Below are positions 47,584 to 62,457 of a stretch of 64,000 nt of DNA, one piece after another. Where the stretch lies: NCBI GenBank assembly GCA_010405405.1, contig MU004234.1, positions 2,701,697 through 2,765,696 of the forward strand. The letters are read 5' to 3'. The notes beneath the pieces were generated by a model. The model was not told the DNA's origin. It saw nothing but the letters and a program-made list of their open reading frames with translations, and did not search any database. The position numbers and the translations under genes were made by a program. The DNA is from Microthyrium microscopicum. Lineage: Eukaryota. Position 1 is the stretch's first letter, and every line of letters starts with the position of its first letter.

Positions 47584-47807
47584 TATAAGGAATCCTTATA
47601 AGTTTAGTATTATAGTATTTAGATACTAAGATCTAATTCTATAAATAAGATTTCTTTATCTTATTTAGAGTTAGTATATTTAAGAATATTCTAAGCTTCT
47701 ACTTCTTTATATTTATAGCTATATTTCTAGATCTCTTCTTTTTATACTTAGATTCTATAATACTAGCTACTTTCTACTTACCTAATTATACTTATTAGCT
47801 CCTTATA
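47584..47807 (+). repeat. outer element 5' LTR
   Basis: Direct repeat of 63650-63873 that differs mainly by transitions. Confidence 0.88.
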
Positions 47808-50800
47808 TAATCTAAGTACCTCTATACTAATTTTATACTCTATATATAAAAATTATATATTATTAATAAATATATAGAAGTATTTATTAATTCCTATCTT
47901 AATCGTAATTATACTATAAATCTAACTAATTAGTATTTAGTAATACTACCTTTAATTAGAATTAGCGTTACTAAAGATACTAGTAAATTTATAAATACTA
48001 ACTAGAGTAACGTAAATTTAGTATTATTTACTAGAATAAAGACTACTTAGAAGCCTAAGCTTTACCTTATAGTATTCTTTTTAGATTTATAGAAGCGTTT
48101 ATACTACTTTCTTTCTATTAACTATAAAATATACTTATCTTATTCTTTATTAATTTATATTTATTAAATCTATTAAATTAGTTCTAATTTATTAAGAAGT
48201 ACTATATTATTTAGCTACGTATTACTATAAGTAAGGCGCTATATATTCCTAGTCTTAAACTAGTATTAAGTAACTCTTATATTACTTATAAGTATAGTAG
48301 CGTTAATATTTAAAGTTACTTAGTTTTGCTTTATTATAGTAGAAATAGCTACTTTACTAAAAAGCTAGTCGTCTTAGATATAAAAACTAATTAATAGTCT
48401 ACCGTTATGTTAACGCTATAGTAAGAGAGTATCTTAATAGTTAAATCTATTAAAAAGTTACCTCTATTACCTAAAGTAGCTTTAAATAATAAAGATAAGA
48501 AATTTCTTTATTAAAATACCTAAGTTAGTATTAATATTTAATAACTTTATAAAATTATTACTAAACTATTAACTATAGTACCTATTACGTTAGTAAGTAT
48601 AATAAAAGAGCTAATATTAAAAAGTAAAAAGGTAATAATCTCTAATACTATTATTAGTAGTTTACTAGATAAAAATATATTAGAAGTAAGATTACTTATT
48701 AATATTTACTATTAGCTAAAATTACTAGCGTATAAAAAAGAACTTTATAATATTTCTATATTATTTCTACTCTATTTATTCTTAGAATTAGTAGACCTTA
48801 ATAGTAAAGTTACTTTACTTACTAGTATAAAGCTTTTATTTATATAGATATTATATAAAGTAAGACTAAAGATAAAGAAGTAAATATTAGTAATTCTTTA
48901 GAATAATTCTAATAATTCTATTACTCTTTAGAAATATTATATATTAATATCTAATAGTAAATATCTAGACTAATATATTAAGTTTATAAAAAAAGATTAA
49001 TTCTTTAAATAACTATATATTATATTAGTAATTAATTAAACTATAGTATTACGTTACTAGTTTACTTAAAAACTTTAAAATTAGCTAGTAGAAAAACTTA
49101 TAAATACTAATATAGAAGTAGGTTAACTAAATAAATTAGTAGACGTACTATAAAAAGAGATAGCTACTTATTAATAGATAATAATAAATCTTAAAGTACT
49201 TACTAGCTAAATTTACTATAACTATAAGTTAGTACTAGCTACTACTTATTTAAATAAATAAGTAGCTTTTACTAAATTAATAAAGAAGCGTAATACTAAT
49301 CTATAATATTATAAGTTAGTTATTAATCTTTACTACTAAATCTAAGAGCTTAAGAATAAACTTTAAGTAAATATAAATTAAGCTTAAGTTAACTTAGAAG
49401 ATTTAAAGAATAACTTTTTATTAAGTTACTTTATATTATAAGTAATATATCTAGTAGTTTTATACTTTTAACTCTAAGCCTAAGGAATATATTATATCTT
49501 ATTATTATTAGTAGCTAATAGTAGCTTTCTAGTAATACTTATAAAGTTTAAAGAACCTAGTAATTTTAAAGGTAAACCTATATACTATAAATAATAAAAG
49601 AAGAAAATATTAGATATATTTCTTAATAAGAATATATATCTTTATATTTCTACTAAAAAGAAGAAGATTAAGTTTATTTATATTTATTATACTAACTTAG
49701 TCTATAGTATTATAGTTATATAAAGAGATTATAAGTTAAAGAATCTTTACTATACTATAAAAGAGATATAGATAGACTTAAATAGATACTACTACTTTAA
49801 GAATACTTTTAAAGATACTAAGATATAGTTAAAGTCTTTAGATACTAAGATAAAAAATATAAAAAGTCTTTAGGCTTTTATTACTTACTTTTTAATAAAT
49901 TTAGTAAATATAGAACTATTAAAATATAAGAAGATTATTAAATTATAAGATTTTATTAACTATAAGTTTATAGACCTACTAGTAAGCTAGTATTTTAGTA
50001 GTTTTACTATATTTTATACTTAACTCTATCTAATTATATACTAAATTAATTATAAGCTTACTACTATAAATAATAACTTCTATAGCTATAATAATAATTA
50101 GTTTATTAATAAAGGAACTTAAAATAATAAAAATAATAATGTTAACTATTCTATAAACGTTTTTAATACTTTAAAAATAAATAAACGTTACGTCTATTAT
50201 AAATAGAAGGGTTACTACTACTTTAATAAGACTACCTTATATAAAGATTAGGAATCCTTATCTAATAATAAGATTAAAGCCTTAGTTATATATTTAGTAG
50301 CAATATTTATAAAAGTTTAAAAAGAATAGTAATTCTCTATAGAGAATACTACTAAAAATAACGACTATTAATCTTTAAATTAGATACTCTTTTACTAAGC
50401 TATAAGAAAAAGCTAAATAAGATTAAAGTATATAATAAAAGAAAAAAATATACTTTTAATACTAAAATTAAGTACGTAAAGGATATATTCTATTAATATA
50501 ATAAGGAATAGTACTAAAATACTAAGAAAGCTAAAAAAATATTTTATTAAATAGAAGAAGACTATAAGAATATAAAAGAAAAGATATAAGAGAAGACTAA
50601 GAAAATACTTAGTTACCTTTATTAGTATATTTAGTACTTTAAGTATAAAGATACTATTTATAAGAAATACGTCTTACTAGTATACTTATATACTATTTAT
50701 ATTTTACTAGCCTTTATTATACTAGTAGTATAACCTTAGAATATTAAAAAGAAAGATTTTATTATTAAATTATAATAGATTACTATTAGCTTAGTATTTA

Positions 50801-51678
50801 TACTATAGTATTTAACTTACTTGAATACTAGTATTTTAATTAATACTAGTAGTAGCGTAATAAGAATTATTAATCCTTATTATCTTTAGTAATATAGTAT
50901 TTCTACTTTTTAACTTATATATCTATACTTAGTAATACTTACTAATAGTAAGTTAGTATTTATAGTTAATAAAGCTATTATCCTTAACTTACGTATTAGA
51001 TACTACGTTAAGTAAATTAGCTATTTTATTATAAAAGTAGCTTCTTATAATCTAATTTTAAAAGTACCCTAGCTAGATTAATATAAAGTTAACTTATATA
51101 AAGGTTTAAGAATATTAACTTTCTATAGTATAAAATATATTATAAATTATATTATATTATAATGCCTAATTACTATAAACCTAAAAGAATAATTTATAAA
51201 CTTAGAATTACCTAAAGAATTAGATATTACTTTTATATTTATAATAGTATTTAAGAAATTAATAAAGTATAAAGATACTATTATTAATATATTTTAGTTT
51301 AAAGATTTTAATAACGAAAAAGAAAAGAAACCTTCTAATAGTAATAAAAATAATAATAATAGATTTGCTATAAACCTTACTATATATACTATATTAGAGA
51401 AAGATTATCTTAAGTAGTAAGATAAATAAGATTACTCTTACTTATTAAAAGAGAAGATCTTAAAACTTATTTTAAAATATTTCTACTAATATTTTAAAGT
51501 CTTTAATTTAAAGCGTTTAGATATCTTTATACTTTACTATAATAAATATAACTATACTATTAACTTTATTCCTAATACTAAAATTTTAAAATACTAACTA
51601 ATATTAATATTATTAAAGTAAGTCTTAGTTATTAAATAATATATTAAAAGTTTACTTTAATAAGGTTTTACTATAAGT

Positions 51679-52003
51679 TTAAAATTATAAAGGATAGTTT
51701 GAAGCAAGGGAAATAGATTCTAAGAACTAGTATCAAGACAAGACTAATACTTAATCTCTCTAGAGATCAAGTCTACCTCTTTACTTATGCTCCTCTCTAT
51801 CTCCTCTTTGGTAAGGCCACCTCTCCTTCTTGTCCTTAGCTCTATTTAGCTTCGTCTCGTTATAGTAGAGGATAGGCACTATCTGCGTTGACCCAGCGGT
51901 TCGCTGGCGAAGAGCCTTCCTATAGCATACCACGAGAGTAGAGAGAGCGAGGAAGTGGCGGGATGCCTGCGCCTCTATGGCGAGTCTACAAGGGTCCGTA
52001 ACA
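51679..52003 (-). repeat. inner element 3' LTR
   Basis: Direct repeat of 60130-60454. Confidence 0.9.
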
Positions 52004-52414
52004 GAGCCTCCTCCCCCGAAGGAAGTCACCCCCAACGACCCAGCTATCATGCCTTCCTCTTTTGGCGGGTATAGTCTCAACCCACGGTATTCCTACCTCT
52101 AGAGTCACCACAGCACCCGCCATGTAGGCAACAACAACTCTGTTTATTATAATAGTATCGCGCGCACACACAACACCAAAACATTTTAGAACTACGACAC
52201 TCCATCTTCTCAACACTACAACCTCTTCTTCTCACAAGCAATCTGCAAGCATATCGCCTGCCCGAAATCTTAAAAGTTTTTAAAACTACGTCTCTCCAGA
52301 GTCCTCAATTTAACTCGCACCCTTTCCGCGCTCTATCCGCACTCTCTTCGCCTATCTCCAACATTTTCAACTTTTTAACGTGCGTTCCAGCAGCGTTTCA
52401 ATTGTTCTCCCACA

Positions 52415-54606
52415 ATGTCTTCCCGTCGTCATTCCAGCGGTTCGCGTGGCGGTGGTTCATCCCGTCAGGACCCTATCGACGTCGATTCCTTCAATAATGA
52501 CGACTTCATCAACGACGGCAATTCGCAGGAGAGTAAGCAGTTGGTCAACCTTAACCCGGGCAATTGTTCTCCAGGAACATATTACGCCTTTCAGGAGTTC
52601 CAACAATCTCAGCAACATAGCAGCCAACCTTCTAAGCGTACGACTCGCCAGCGTTCCACCGCTCCTCGCACTCCGCAGGGTCCTCAGCACGCCCTCAAGG
52701 GGCTTAAGTTACGCGATCGTAACTTGGTCCAACTTGCCAACCAGGCAGCCCTCTTAGAGCCTCAGGGAGGCTTATCAACCCCTCACGTCTCATCGCCCTT
52801 AGGCCGCATCATTGCCAGTGCCAATCCGCCATTCGTTTCTCGTTTAGCCCAACGTGGCATCAATAGCTTTCATCACCCACTCCAAGTACCTCCCGGTACT
52901 GCTACGATTGACTTAACCGCCAACCCTACTCCGCAGCTAACCCACACTCCGCGCGCCTCTCAGGCCAACGGAAAACGTCATCGCGAGGACACTCCATCGC
53001 CAGAGCCTTCGCAGCCACCTACCACTCGTCCCACAATCAAGAAGCGGACCACTCGCTAGGGCACTCCCACGCCACCCCGTGCGTCGTCCCCAGATAATAA
53101 GGAGTCCAAGTCGGATGACTTACCTAGTAAGCCAGGAGATGCGGACCTAAGTCCCACAGCCCAGACTGCTCAGCAGCAGGCCTTCGTGGTAAGTATATCG
53201 CAAGCGACTCGCCTAATTCTTTTGCTAACTTATGCCTTTACAAAATATTACTCAGATTGCATCCCGCTCTCAAGCCGCACCCACTCCGCTTCTCTTCCCA
53301 TGTTGCCTCCAATGTTCGCAAAACATCATCAATAATGTAGTCTACCGTCGTCCCAATAGTAGCTATATCCCACAAGGTGCCGCGTACGGTCGCAAGGACA
53401 ACTTTACCAAGTGCCGTTATTATACCCACTAGAAGCACCATTACGATGTCGTAAGTGTCTTATTAGCGACTTAGATGCGGCTTGCGTGCTAACCTCTATT
53501 CAGGTGCCTATAGTCTTCAATAAGGTCGTAAATAACCTAATCCACTTGCGTGTCTACCTTACGTCTCTTAACCCTATAAGTTCCATCGTAGTTGTTACGC
53601 CTTCAGGTTCCTTTGTTAAGTTTCATCAGCGTAGTAATGCGTACCACATCTATAACGAGGAGTTGACGCGTTGTCAACAAGCCTATAACACTTCCGTCAC
53701 GGCTTAGCGTTATATAGAGGGTCACCTAGGAGGCCATAGCCGTCCCACAGCCTCAAACATAGTGTTCCACATTCACGCCATACTTAGTCGCATTAGAGAT
53801 ACACTAGAGCAGGCCAATAATATCTAGCGTCTCAGTGTAGGTTCTCCTACGTTTTATCTACAAGTCGTGCTCCTACTAACTATTATTCCCAGAATCATCT
53901 TCCGCCCATGTCCTACACTCAGTCGCAAGTTCAAGCACCCGTCTAGCCCATAGGAATCTACCCAGAAGGCTTCAAGCCACTTAATCCTCACCAGGAGCCA
54001 GGTCTCACCGCTAACGACCCTCCGTCATCTCCACCCACTAGCGGTCCACCTACGCAAGGTAATCGTCCTCACGTCCACTTCTCATCTCCTTTAGTCTAAA
54101 ACGGGAAGGACATCGCTATGTCTAAGGCCCACGTGCCTCCCAAATTCATCCTAGACGTTAGTACCTCGCGCTCCGCAGTACATCCGCCTACTATAGAGGA
54201 GGTTAAGGACGAGGAGACAAGTAGTATACGGACTAAGTGGTCTAATAAAGAGACTATGCCGCCCTTCTATAGCTCCTCTCCAGCTGCCCAAGCTCAGGCT
54301 CAACATGCCAACGAAATAGCCCACTCTCTCCACTAATTCCAGCAGCGTCGTGCCGCTAGCGGAGTAACCACCCGCTATAATCCAGATAGTAGTATCAATT
54401 CCATCAGCACCAATCCTAGCCATCTTCGTCCTCCTCCCGCGCCTACAGCGCCTACGACCCGCAATGTTCCTTCACCTACTCGCCCATCTACTAATAGCGC
54501 GCTAATTACTCTAGCCGCATCCATTACGCACTCCTTTCCTAGTAGTCCCAAAGTAACTAATAGTATCCAACGCCTACTTTTAAAGTTGTGGCGTCCCAAC
54601 ATGTAG
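52415..54606 (+). pseudogene. antisense, intron-containing cargo gene inside the inner Gypsy element (Cys-cluster protein, RIP-damaged)
   Basis: ATG 52415; canonical introns 53189-53255, 53451-53503 and 53837-53892 (GTA(A/G)GT..CTAAC..CAG). Exon 2 reads PCCLQC...[Y]GRKDNFTKCRY[Y]TH*KHH[Y]DV|VP; the stops and Tyr are consistent with RIP of CAG and TGY codons. Confidence 0.7.
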
Positions 54607-57600
54607 AGTTAGGGTCTAGCAATTAGGTTGCGTTTTAGTTGCGTGAACACTACATTTGTTTATTTCTTTAGGCGCAAGTCGCCAGTCTTAATATCTTTTA
54701 GGACTAGCCTTTTTATCGACTCGCTATCTATAGTTATAGCGTTTAGGAAAAATTCTTGTTTTTTATTATGTTCGCCAGTAGTCCGCTCTTTCTGTCTCTA
54801 TAGAGGATAGTCCTTTTTTTTACAGCACCAGCCTGCTAGTCTCTCATGAGACCCCTTAATTTTGTTTAGGTTTTATTTGCGTCTTGCTAGCGGTTCACCT
54901 AGCTATAATTTTTGCTATTTCTATTTTTAGTTTTCTATTTTTTATCCTGCTAGTTGGTTGCTTTTCTATAGCGAATAAAAAGCGTATAAAAATCTCCTTT
55001 CTTTCGTAACGCCTTTCTTTATAGTTTTATTCTTCTCTTTTTCTTTTCTTCATAACAGTAAACTTAGGTCTACTAGCTTCTTTAAAAACCTTAATCAAGT
55101 CTCGTGCGTTCTTACAGTCTTCTTCTCGTTCCTAAGAGTCGTAGGTTAGAAAGTAGCCTTGCCAACGAATAAAGTATTTAACTTTCTCTTTCCGTTTCCT
55201 CTTGTCCAAGATAGCTCTTACCTCCCATTCCTCTTTATCTTCCAGCTCAATAGCTGCAAGAAGCTCTGGTTCTTCTTAACCTTCTCTTTGATAATACGGC
55301 TCAAGTTTAGACACATAGAAGACGTCGTAGATTCGGTAGCCTATTAGGAGGTTTAGTCAATAAGCTTATTCTCTAACTACGTCTCAGATGCTAAATAGTC
55401 CTATGTAGCAAGGAGCTAGCTTCTTACTTAGTAGTTTAAGTTTAATGTTCTCTATTAATAGTAGGACCTTATCTCCTATACAAAATGACATTAAGGTATG
55501 CTTCTTATTATAGAACTTAGCTTAGTATTCTATTGCTTTTCCCTAACGTTCTGCTATCTTTTCTTAGTCTTATTCCATTCTTACTACTCTTTGCTTTACT
55601 ACCGCTACCTTACTTCCCTCTTCTTCAAGCCTATCCTTAGAGTCTACAAGAAAGTCTACTAAGAGGGTTGGTTTATATTCCATTTTGGCTATATTTAGGG
55701 TGCAGTTAAGTATTTCATTGTAAGACGCATTCATTACCTATTATGCCATAGGCAGGAGGCTCAACCAGTTCGTCTGGTTTTTAGTAGTAAAGGCTTGCAG
55801 GTAATATCTCAGTACTAAGTTTTGCCGCTCAGTCTAGCCATCAGTTTGTGGATGCCAGGCTGTAGATAGCCTGCGTTTTACCTTTCTTACCTAGCATAGT
55901 TTAGTCCAAAATTCACTTATAAAGACAGATCCTCTATCTAATATAATGCCTGCTAGTAGGCCTTTTTCTAAGAAAACTCTTCTTTCTACAAGTTCCGCTA
56001 GCTCTTTAGCGATTACATCTTTTATAGTTTCAATATACCTTGTTTGTTTAGTATACCAATCCACAATTACTAGTACGGCGTCAAACGTCATAAGTCTACG
56101 TTTGCAAGGCGGTAAACCTATAATAAAGTCTATAGTGATTTCTTGCTATAGTCAGGTTAGTTGAGGTAGAGACTTCAACTCGCTATAGGGTCGATACCAT
56201 CTCGCTTTTATTCTTTAGCAAACTAGGCAAGTCTTTACGTACGCCTATACGTCCTCTTCTATCTTTGGCTAGTAAAACTATTTGTAGAGTAGTTTTATAG
56301 TGCCTTAGACTCCTAAGTATCCTGCTAGTAGGTCATTATAGTACATTACTAAGAGTTTGTCTCTTAAGGCGGGCTCATAGGGTATATATAGTCAGCCCTT
56401 ATAGCAGAGGTAGTCTCTTTAGACTAACTAAGTGTTCTTTAGCTATTAGGTCTCTTTAGACTCTAGCTACGTATTAAGTACTTCTTAGATGCGCCTAAGT
56501 TCCTTATCGCCATCTTAGGCGACTCAGACTAAGGTAATTAGCGCGTCTAGAGCTTCTTTATCTACAATATACAGGTCTTATATTGCTTCTCTTACTATGA
56601 TTCTCAGGATGTAGACGTAGTCTAGAGTAGCAACTACTTTCTAGGAGCTAAGAAAGTCTTCGCTCTCCTTACTTATGGCATCTTAGCTACTTATTTGCTT
56701 ATAAGGCATCTCGCCTATCCCTAACACGTTTAGTGCTAGGTAGTACTTAATATTAGACATCTCGTCTATAAGGTCATACTTATTTATCATTAGCGTCTCG
56801 CTAGCGAGTTGCTTTATTAGCTTAAGACTATTCACGAAGACTAGCTTTTTCTATTCCTCCTCTAAGAGGAGTCCTAGCTTCTTCTAAAGAGTAGGCAGCA
56901 AGTCATTCGTAGCCCGTTCTATAGTAGCATAGTTGGGTCGTCTTAACGGCGCATCTACAGGATTTGTCTTTCCGCTTTAATGCCTAATGTAGAAGTTATA
57001 CTTTGCTAATACGATCGCCCAGCGCGCTTGGCGCCCATTTAAGTTCTTTTATTTCATAAACCCTACTAGGTTATTATAGTTAGTCAGAATCTCAATAGGG
57101 TAGTAACTACCCTTAAGGTAATGTTACCAATGTTCCACAGCCTTAATAATGGCAAGGAGCTCCTAGTCATAGGTTTAATAGTTAATCTTAGCCTCTATTA
57201 ATTTCCTTAACTAGAAAGCAACAAGGTGCCATCAGCTATCTTTCTACAGCTAGGAAAGGATACCTGCGACAGCATACTAGGACGCATTAGTTTTAAGGCG
57301 GATCCTCTTCTCTAAGTCAAAATATGCGAGGATAGGGGCTTTGCTAAAGGCTACGCGGAGCGTACGAAACGCTTACACCGCTTCCTCCGTCTAGATAAAA
57401 GGTCCGTATTTCCTTCCAAGTTGCATACCCTTAAGCGAGTTAGTCAAGGGTTTTACTACCTTCAAGTAGCCTTCAATAAACCTACAGTAGAAATTTATAA
57501 AGCTAATAAACACTTATATATCGTTATAGCTCCTAGGCTCTAGCCATTTCGTAATAGACTTAACTCGACTAAGATCTATTTTTACTCCTTTTATAGAGAC

Positions 57601-60129
57601 TACAAAACCAAGGAATTCTACCTCGTTAGTAAAGAATTAGCACTTCTTAGGATTAGTATAAAGCCTAGCGGCTAGCAGGTGTTCTAACATGGTACGCACG
57701 TTGCGAACGTGATCCTTATATATTTTAGAGAAGACAAAGATATCGTTAAGGTAGACGATACAGATAATATCTAAGAGTCCTACTAATACTTTATAAATGT
57801 AGGCTTAGAACATAGCTAGGGCGTTAGTAAGTCTAAAAGGCATAACTTAGTATTTATAGTGTCCATATTGAGTGCAGAATACTATCTTCCATTAATCTTG
57901 TTCTCTAACAGGTATCCAGGTATAGGCGTCCTTAAGGTCCATCTTAGTATAGTATGCCACTCCACTAAGTCAATCTAATATCTCGCTTATCAAAGGGAGT
58001 GGGTAACGATTCTTAATAGTAACTACGTTAAGCAGGCGGTAGTCTACACAAAGTCGTAATCCTCCGTCCTTCTTAGGCACGAAGAGTATAGGTACTCCAG
58101 CTAGGCTAGTTAATTCCTAGATCCAGCCTTTTGCAAGGGCTAACTCAAGGTATTCCCACAGTGCCTCAAGTTCCGTTACCAACAAGTTGTAGATAGGTCC
58201 GAAAAAAGGGTCCACGGTTGTCTCAATAGCATGTTCAATGCCTTTAGGGATAGATTCATTCTCATCCCCAGCCTCAACTTAAGAGGCTAAATCCTACAAC
58301 TCTTGCGGCAGTCCATTCTCCAGATTGATATCCGCCTACGAGCTTAGCTCAAAGCTAACACCAGAGATCTCTACCTTCCTGCCATTCAAGTACAGGTGCT
58401 CATCAAATTTTATAGTTAGTTCAAATACCTCGCTGCATTCTTGCAGCCCTTCCTCAAATATGCTCTAGTCCATAATCTCATATTTTGGCTTCTCTTTCCC
58501 GAATAGCCACTTCTTCTGCCCTAGGTAGATAGAGATATCGTATTTCTCTTGTAGGGGGGTTCCCCATACTACAGGGCAGGTATGTTTAGTCCAATCGAAA
58601 GAAAAGAAATAGTATTCAACGTCCTTATAGATACCAGAAGAGTCCTTACAATAAAAACGCAGCTAATACGCACCATGACATTTGCTTCCCGTCATGTCGT
58701 CAGTAAAACCCATAGCTTGGATGCTTTCTACAGTCACTTTCTTAAGGCTACAGCGTTACGCAAGTTGTTCATTAATAATGTTAATTTAACTACTAGTATC
58801 TAAAAGGACGTTTACAGATCAGTCTCCCATAGTAAGAGGAAGGTTAGCTATTATCCAAATCTATGCCCCTATAGTCTAATCTAGTGTCACGAGGATGAGG
58901 TTCTTAACCCCCGCAATACTCACTCTTTTCCTAGGTCAATTCCAGATCCCAACGAGAGGGGGATAGTATTTAGGTTCCCCCTCTAGCCTCTATGTCCTAA
59001 GAAACCTCCTCGCCCTTAGGTAGCCCAAGGGCCTCTCAGAGGCTCATTGCACTCATTTATATAATATCTAAACAGGTTACAATTATAATAAGTAATTCCC
59101 TCGTACGTCTTGCTATCTTTTCCAGGCTTTGTACTTACTAGCGGGCGAGTTAATGGCGCATACCCTACACGACCTCCACGCCCCTATTATTCACTTTGGC
59201 CACCTTGCGAATTATAATTCGATCATAGGGGTCAAGGATTAACGTCACCTAGTAGGTCTTCTCGCGAGCGCTTGTGGGTAATTTGCCAAAAGCGTTCGGT
59301 AGCGTTAACTATGTCCAGTCTAGTAGTTAGGATGTGCTCCATCAATTCAATCTATTTCTATAGTTCTAGGGTTAGCTTAGCAAGGAATTTCAAGTATTGT
59401 TTATCTCCTTCGCGAGTCGTATCAACACCAAGTTAGGTCTCTAGCAAGTCTAAGTAGGCATTAAACTCTACAAGAGTCTAGGTAGAACGCTACTTAACTT
59501 CTTCAAGTTTCTTAGTGACCAAAAGTTTAGCTACAGTAGGGTAAGCGTATTAATATTAGAGCTATTTTATAAACTTCTCCCAAGTCTAAGTTGGCAGCTT
59601 AATCTTCTTTTTCTTTAGGTTTTATTAAGTTTGTAGGTTAGGACTCATGAACTAGCTAGCCTATCTAATGTAGCTTTCTTGTATAGCGAATTGAGAGGGT
59701 ACCAAATAGAAAGCGTTTTCCGCGCCCACAGTCTAGTCGATAAGTTCTTATTAAGTCTTGCGTTGAAGAACCGTAAGGTTAGTAGGTTTTAGTTCTCTTA
59801 GTTAAGAAGGAGGAGGAGGATTCTGTTAGGAGGCCTACAATAAGGCTGTAATCTCGTTATAAAGCTATTATATCTTAGCTACGCGTGCCTATTCTTATTC
59901 GTTAATTTAAGCTATTGCTACATAAAAGGCAGCTAAAGCGGCTTCTAAGTCTATTAGTAGTAGTAGGCTATTATATTAACTTAAGTTATTATCTAAGTTA
60001 TTATCTAAGTTATTATCTAGGTCTTTATCTTCATCTTCGCCTCCATTTCGGCCTCCATTAGAGTTCCTCGTACCCCTCATCATTATAAGGATCTATCAGG
60101 CTTGCTACCATATAGTACGTTGAGAAGTA

Positions 60130-60454
60130 TTAGAATTATAAAGGATAGTTTAAAGCAAGGGAAATAGATTCTAAGAACTAGTATCAAGACAAGACTAATA
60201 CTTAATCTCTCTAGAGATCAAGTCTACCTCTTTACTTATACTCCTCTCTATCTCCTCTTTAGTAAGGCCACCTCTCCTTCTTATCCTCAGCTCTATTCAG
60301 CTTCGTCTCGTTATAGTAAAGGGTAGGCACTATCTGCATTAACCCAGCAGTTCGCTGGCGAAGAGCCTTCCTATAGCGTACTGCGAAAGTAGAGAGAGCG
60401 AGGAGGTAGCAGGATGCCTGCGCCTCTATAGCGAGTCTGCAGGGGTCCGTGACA
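60130..60454 (-). repeat. inner element 5' LTR
   Basis: Direct repeat of 51679-52003; begins TGTCAC on the minus strand. Confidence 0.9.
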
Positions 60455-62017
60455 AAAATCTTAGTATACTATATTTATACTTTATATAAGTAAACTAGAA
60501 GAAAGTATTTATATCTATATTAATTACTATAGCCTAAATAATATTACTATTAAAAATAGTAACGTCTTATTACTTATTAGTAAGATACTTATACGCTTTA
60601 TAAAAGTAAAATATTACTTTAAGTTTAATATTATTATTATCTTTAAATATATTTATATTAAACTTAGAGATAAATATAAAATAGTATTCTTAATACGCTA
60701 TAGCCTATTTAAGTTTAAAGTACTACCTTTAAGCCTTATAGAGAGACTAAGAATATTCTAAATATATATTAATTATATACTAATATAGTTTTTAAATAAT
60801 TTTATAATAATATATTTAGATAATATTCTAGTATTTAGTAAAATACTAGAAGAATATAATACTTATATATATTTAGTACTAAACGTATTAAAATATATAG
60901 ACTTATTTCTTAATATTAAGAAGTTAGAGTTTATTATTTAAAAGGTAAAATACCTAGGTTTAATTATTACTATAAAAGGTATTAAAATAGACTCCTTAAA
61001 GGTTAATACTATAGTTAATTAAGAATAACTAAGTTATCTTAAAGATATATAAGTATTCTTTAGATTTACTAACTTTTATTAATAGTTTATATTTAATTAC
61101 TCTACTATAGTAATACTATTAATAAATCTTACTTAGAAGGATACTTTAGCTATATTTTCTAAGGACCTTAATAAGCTTAAGAAATAAGCCTTTAAGAAAC
61201 TAAAAGTAGACTTTATTAGTATACTAATACTTTAGTACTTTAATTATACTAAGGAAACTTAAATAAAGATAAATATATTTAATTAGGCTTATACTACTAT
61301 ATTATTATAAAAAAATATAAATAGTAATTTAAGACTAGTTATCTTCTTTTTTAAAAAGATATTATTAGTAGAATATAATTATAATATTTATAATAAAGAA
61401 CTACTTATTATTATCTACGCTTTTAAAAAGTAGAAACCTAAGTTATTTAGTACTAAAGATATTATAAAAGTATTTTTAGATTACTAGAATGTTTAAATCT
61501 TTATAAAAACTAAAAAGCTTATATGCTATTAAATATACTAAACTAAATTCTTATTATAATTCTACTTTTTAATTAAATACTACTCTAGTAAAGATAATAG
61601 TAAAGCTAATGCTTTAATTTAAAAATTATAAGATATACTCTAAAGTAATAAAGACCTACGAATTAAGTAATAGTATTAACTACTTCTATTCTTATATTAA
61701 TTTAGTACTAAATAAGTTATTAAGCTAGTTATAATCCTTATTAATCTAATTACCTTATTCTTTATATAGATAGCTATACTTACGTTAAATAAGTTAGATA
61801 TTACTATAATAAGAGAGTTTAATTTAGAACTTATTATAGAGAGTTTTTAAAATAAAGCTTTAGCTAGCTTAGATAATTTACTACTAATTAATACTAAATC
61901 CTTAGACTTTAACTTAGAATAGTTTATATAGAAAGTAATAAAGGTAAGTAAGAAAGATAAGTTACTGATTATAATTTAACTAGTAAAGATATAGAAAGAC
62001 TACTTCTTATCTTTTAG

Positions 62018-62457
62018 NNNNNNNNNNNNNNNNNNNNNNNNNNNNNNNNNNNNNNNNNNNNNNNNNNNNNNNNNNNNNNNNNNNNNNNNNNNNNNNNNNN
62101 NNNNNNNNNNNNNNNNNNNNNNNNNNNNNNNNNNNNNNNNNNNNNNNNNNNNNNNNNNNNNNNNNNNNNNNNNNNNNNNNNNNNNNNNNNNNNNNNNNNN
62201 NNNNNNNNNNNNNNNNNNNNNNNNNNNNNNNNNNNNNNNNNNNNNNNNNNNNNNNNNNNNNNNNNNNNNNNNNNNNNNNNNNNNNNNNNNNNNNNNNNNN
62301 NNNNNNNNNNNNNNNNNNNNNNNNNNNNNNNNNNNNNNNNNNNNNNNNNNNNNNNNNNNNNNNNNNNNNNNNNNNNNNNNNNNNNNNNNNNNNNNNNNNN
62401 NNNNNNNNNNNNNNNNNNNNNNNNNNNNNNNNNNNNNNNNNNNNNNNNNNNNNNNNN
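62018..62457. other. assembly gap
   Basis: Run of N. Confidence 1.

Larger units (their letters stand above)
51679..60454 (-). mobile_element. inner Ty3/Gypsy LTR retrotransposon (younger, moderately RIPed)
   Basis: ~325-bp LTRs at 51679-52003 and 60130-60454 starting TGT on the minus strand; PPT GGGGGAGGAGG just before the 3' LTR (~52008-52018). Decayed gag zinc knuckle (~59050-59095), protease VLLDT (~58800), RT CIVYLNDIFVFS (~57750), RNase H and integrase AWHPQTDG*TERQN (~55840) in Gypsy order. Confidence 0.93.

Noticed and set aside
51670..51680. Target-site duplication for the inner Gypsy
   Set aside because: The flanks (..CTATAAGT / AAAAT..) do not match convincingly, and the LTR edge is uncertain by a few bases.
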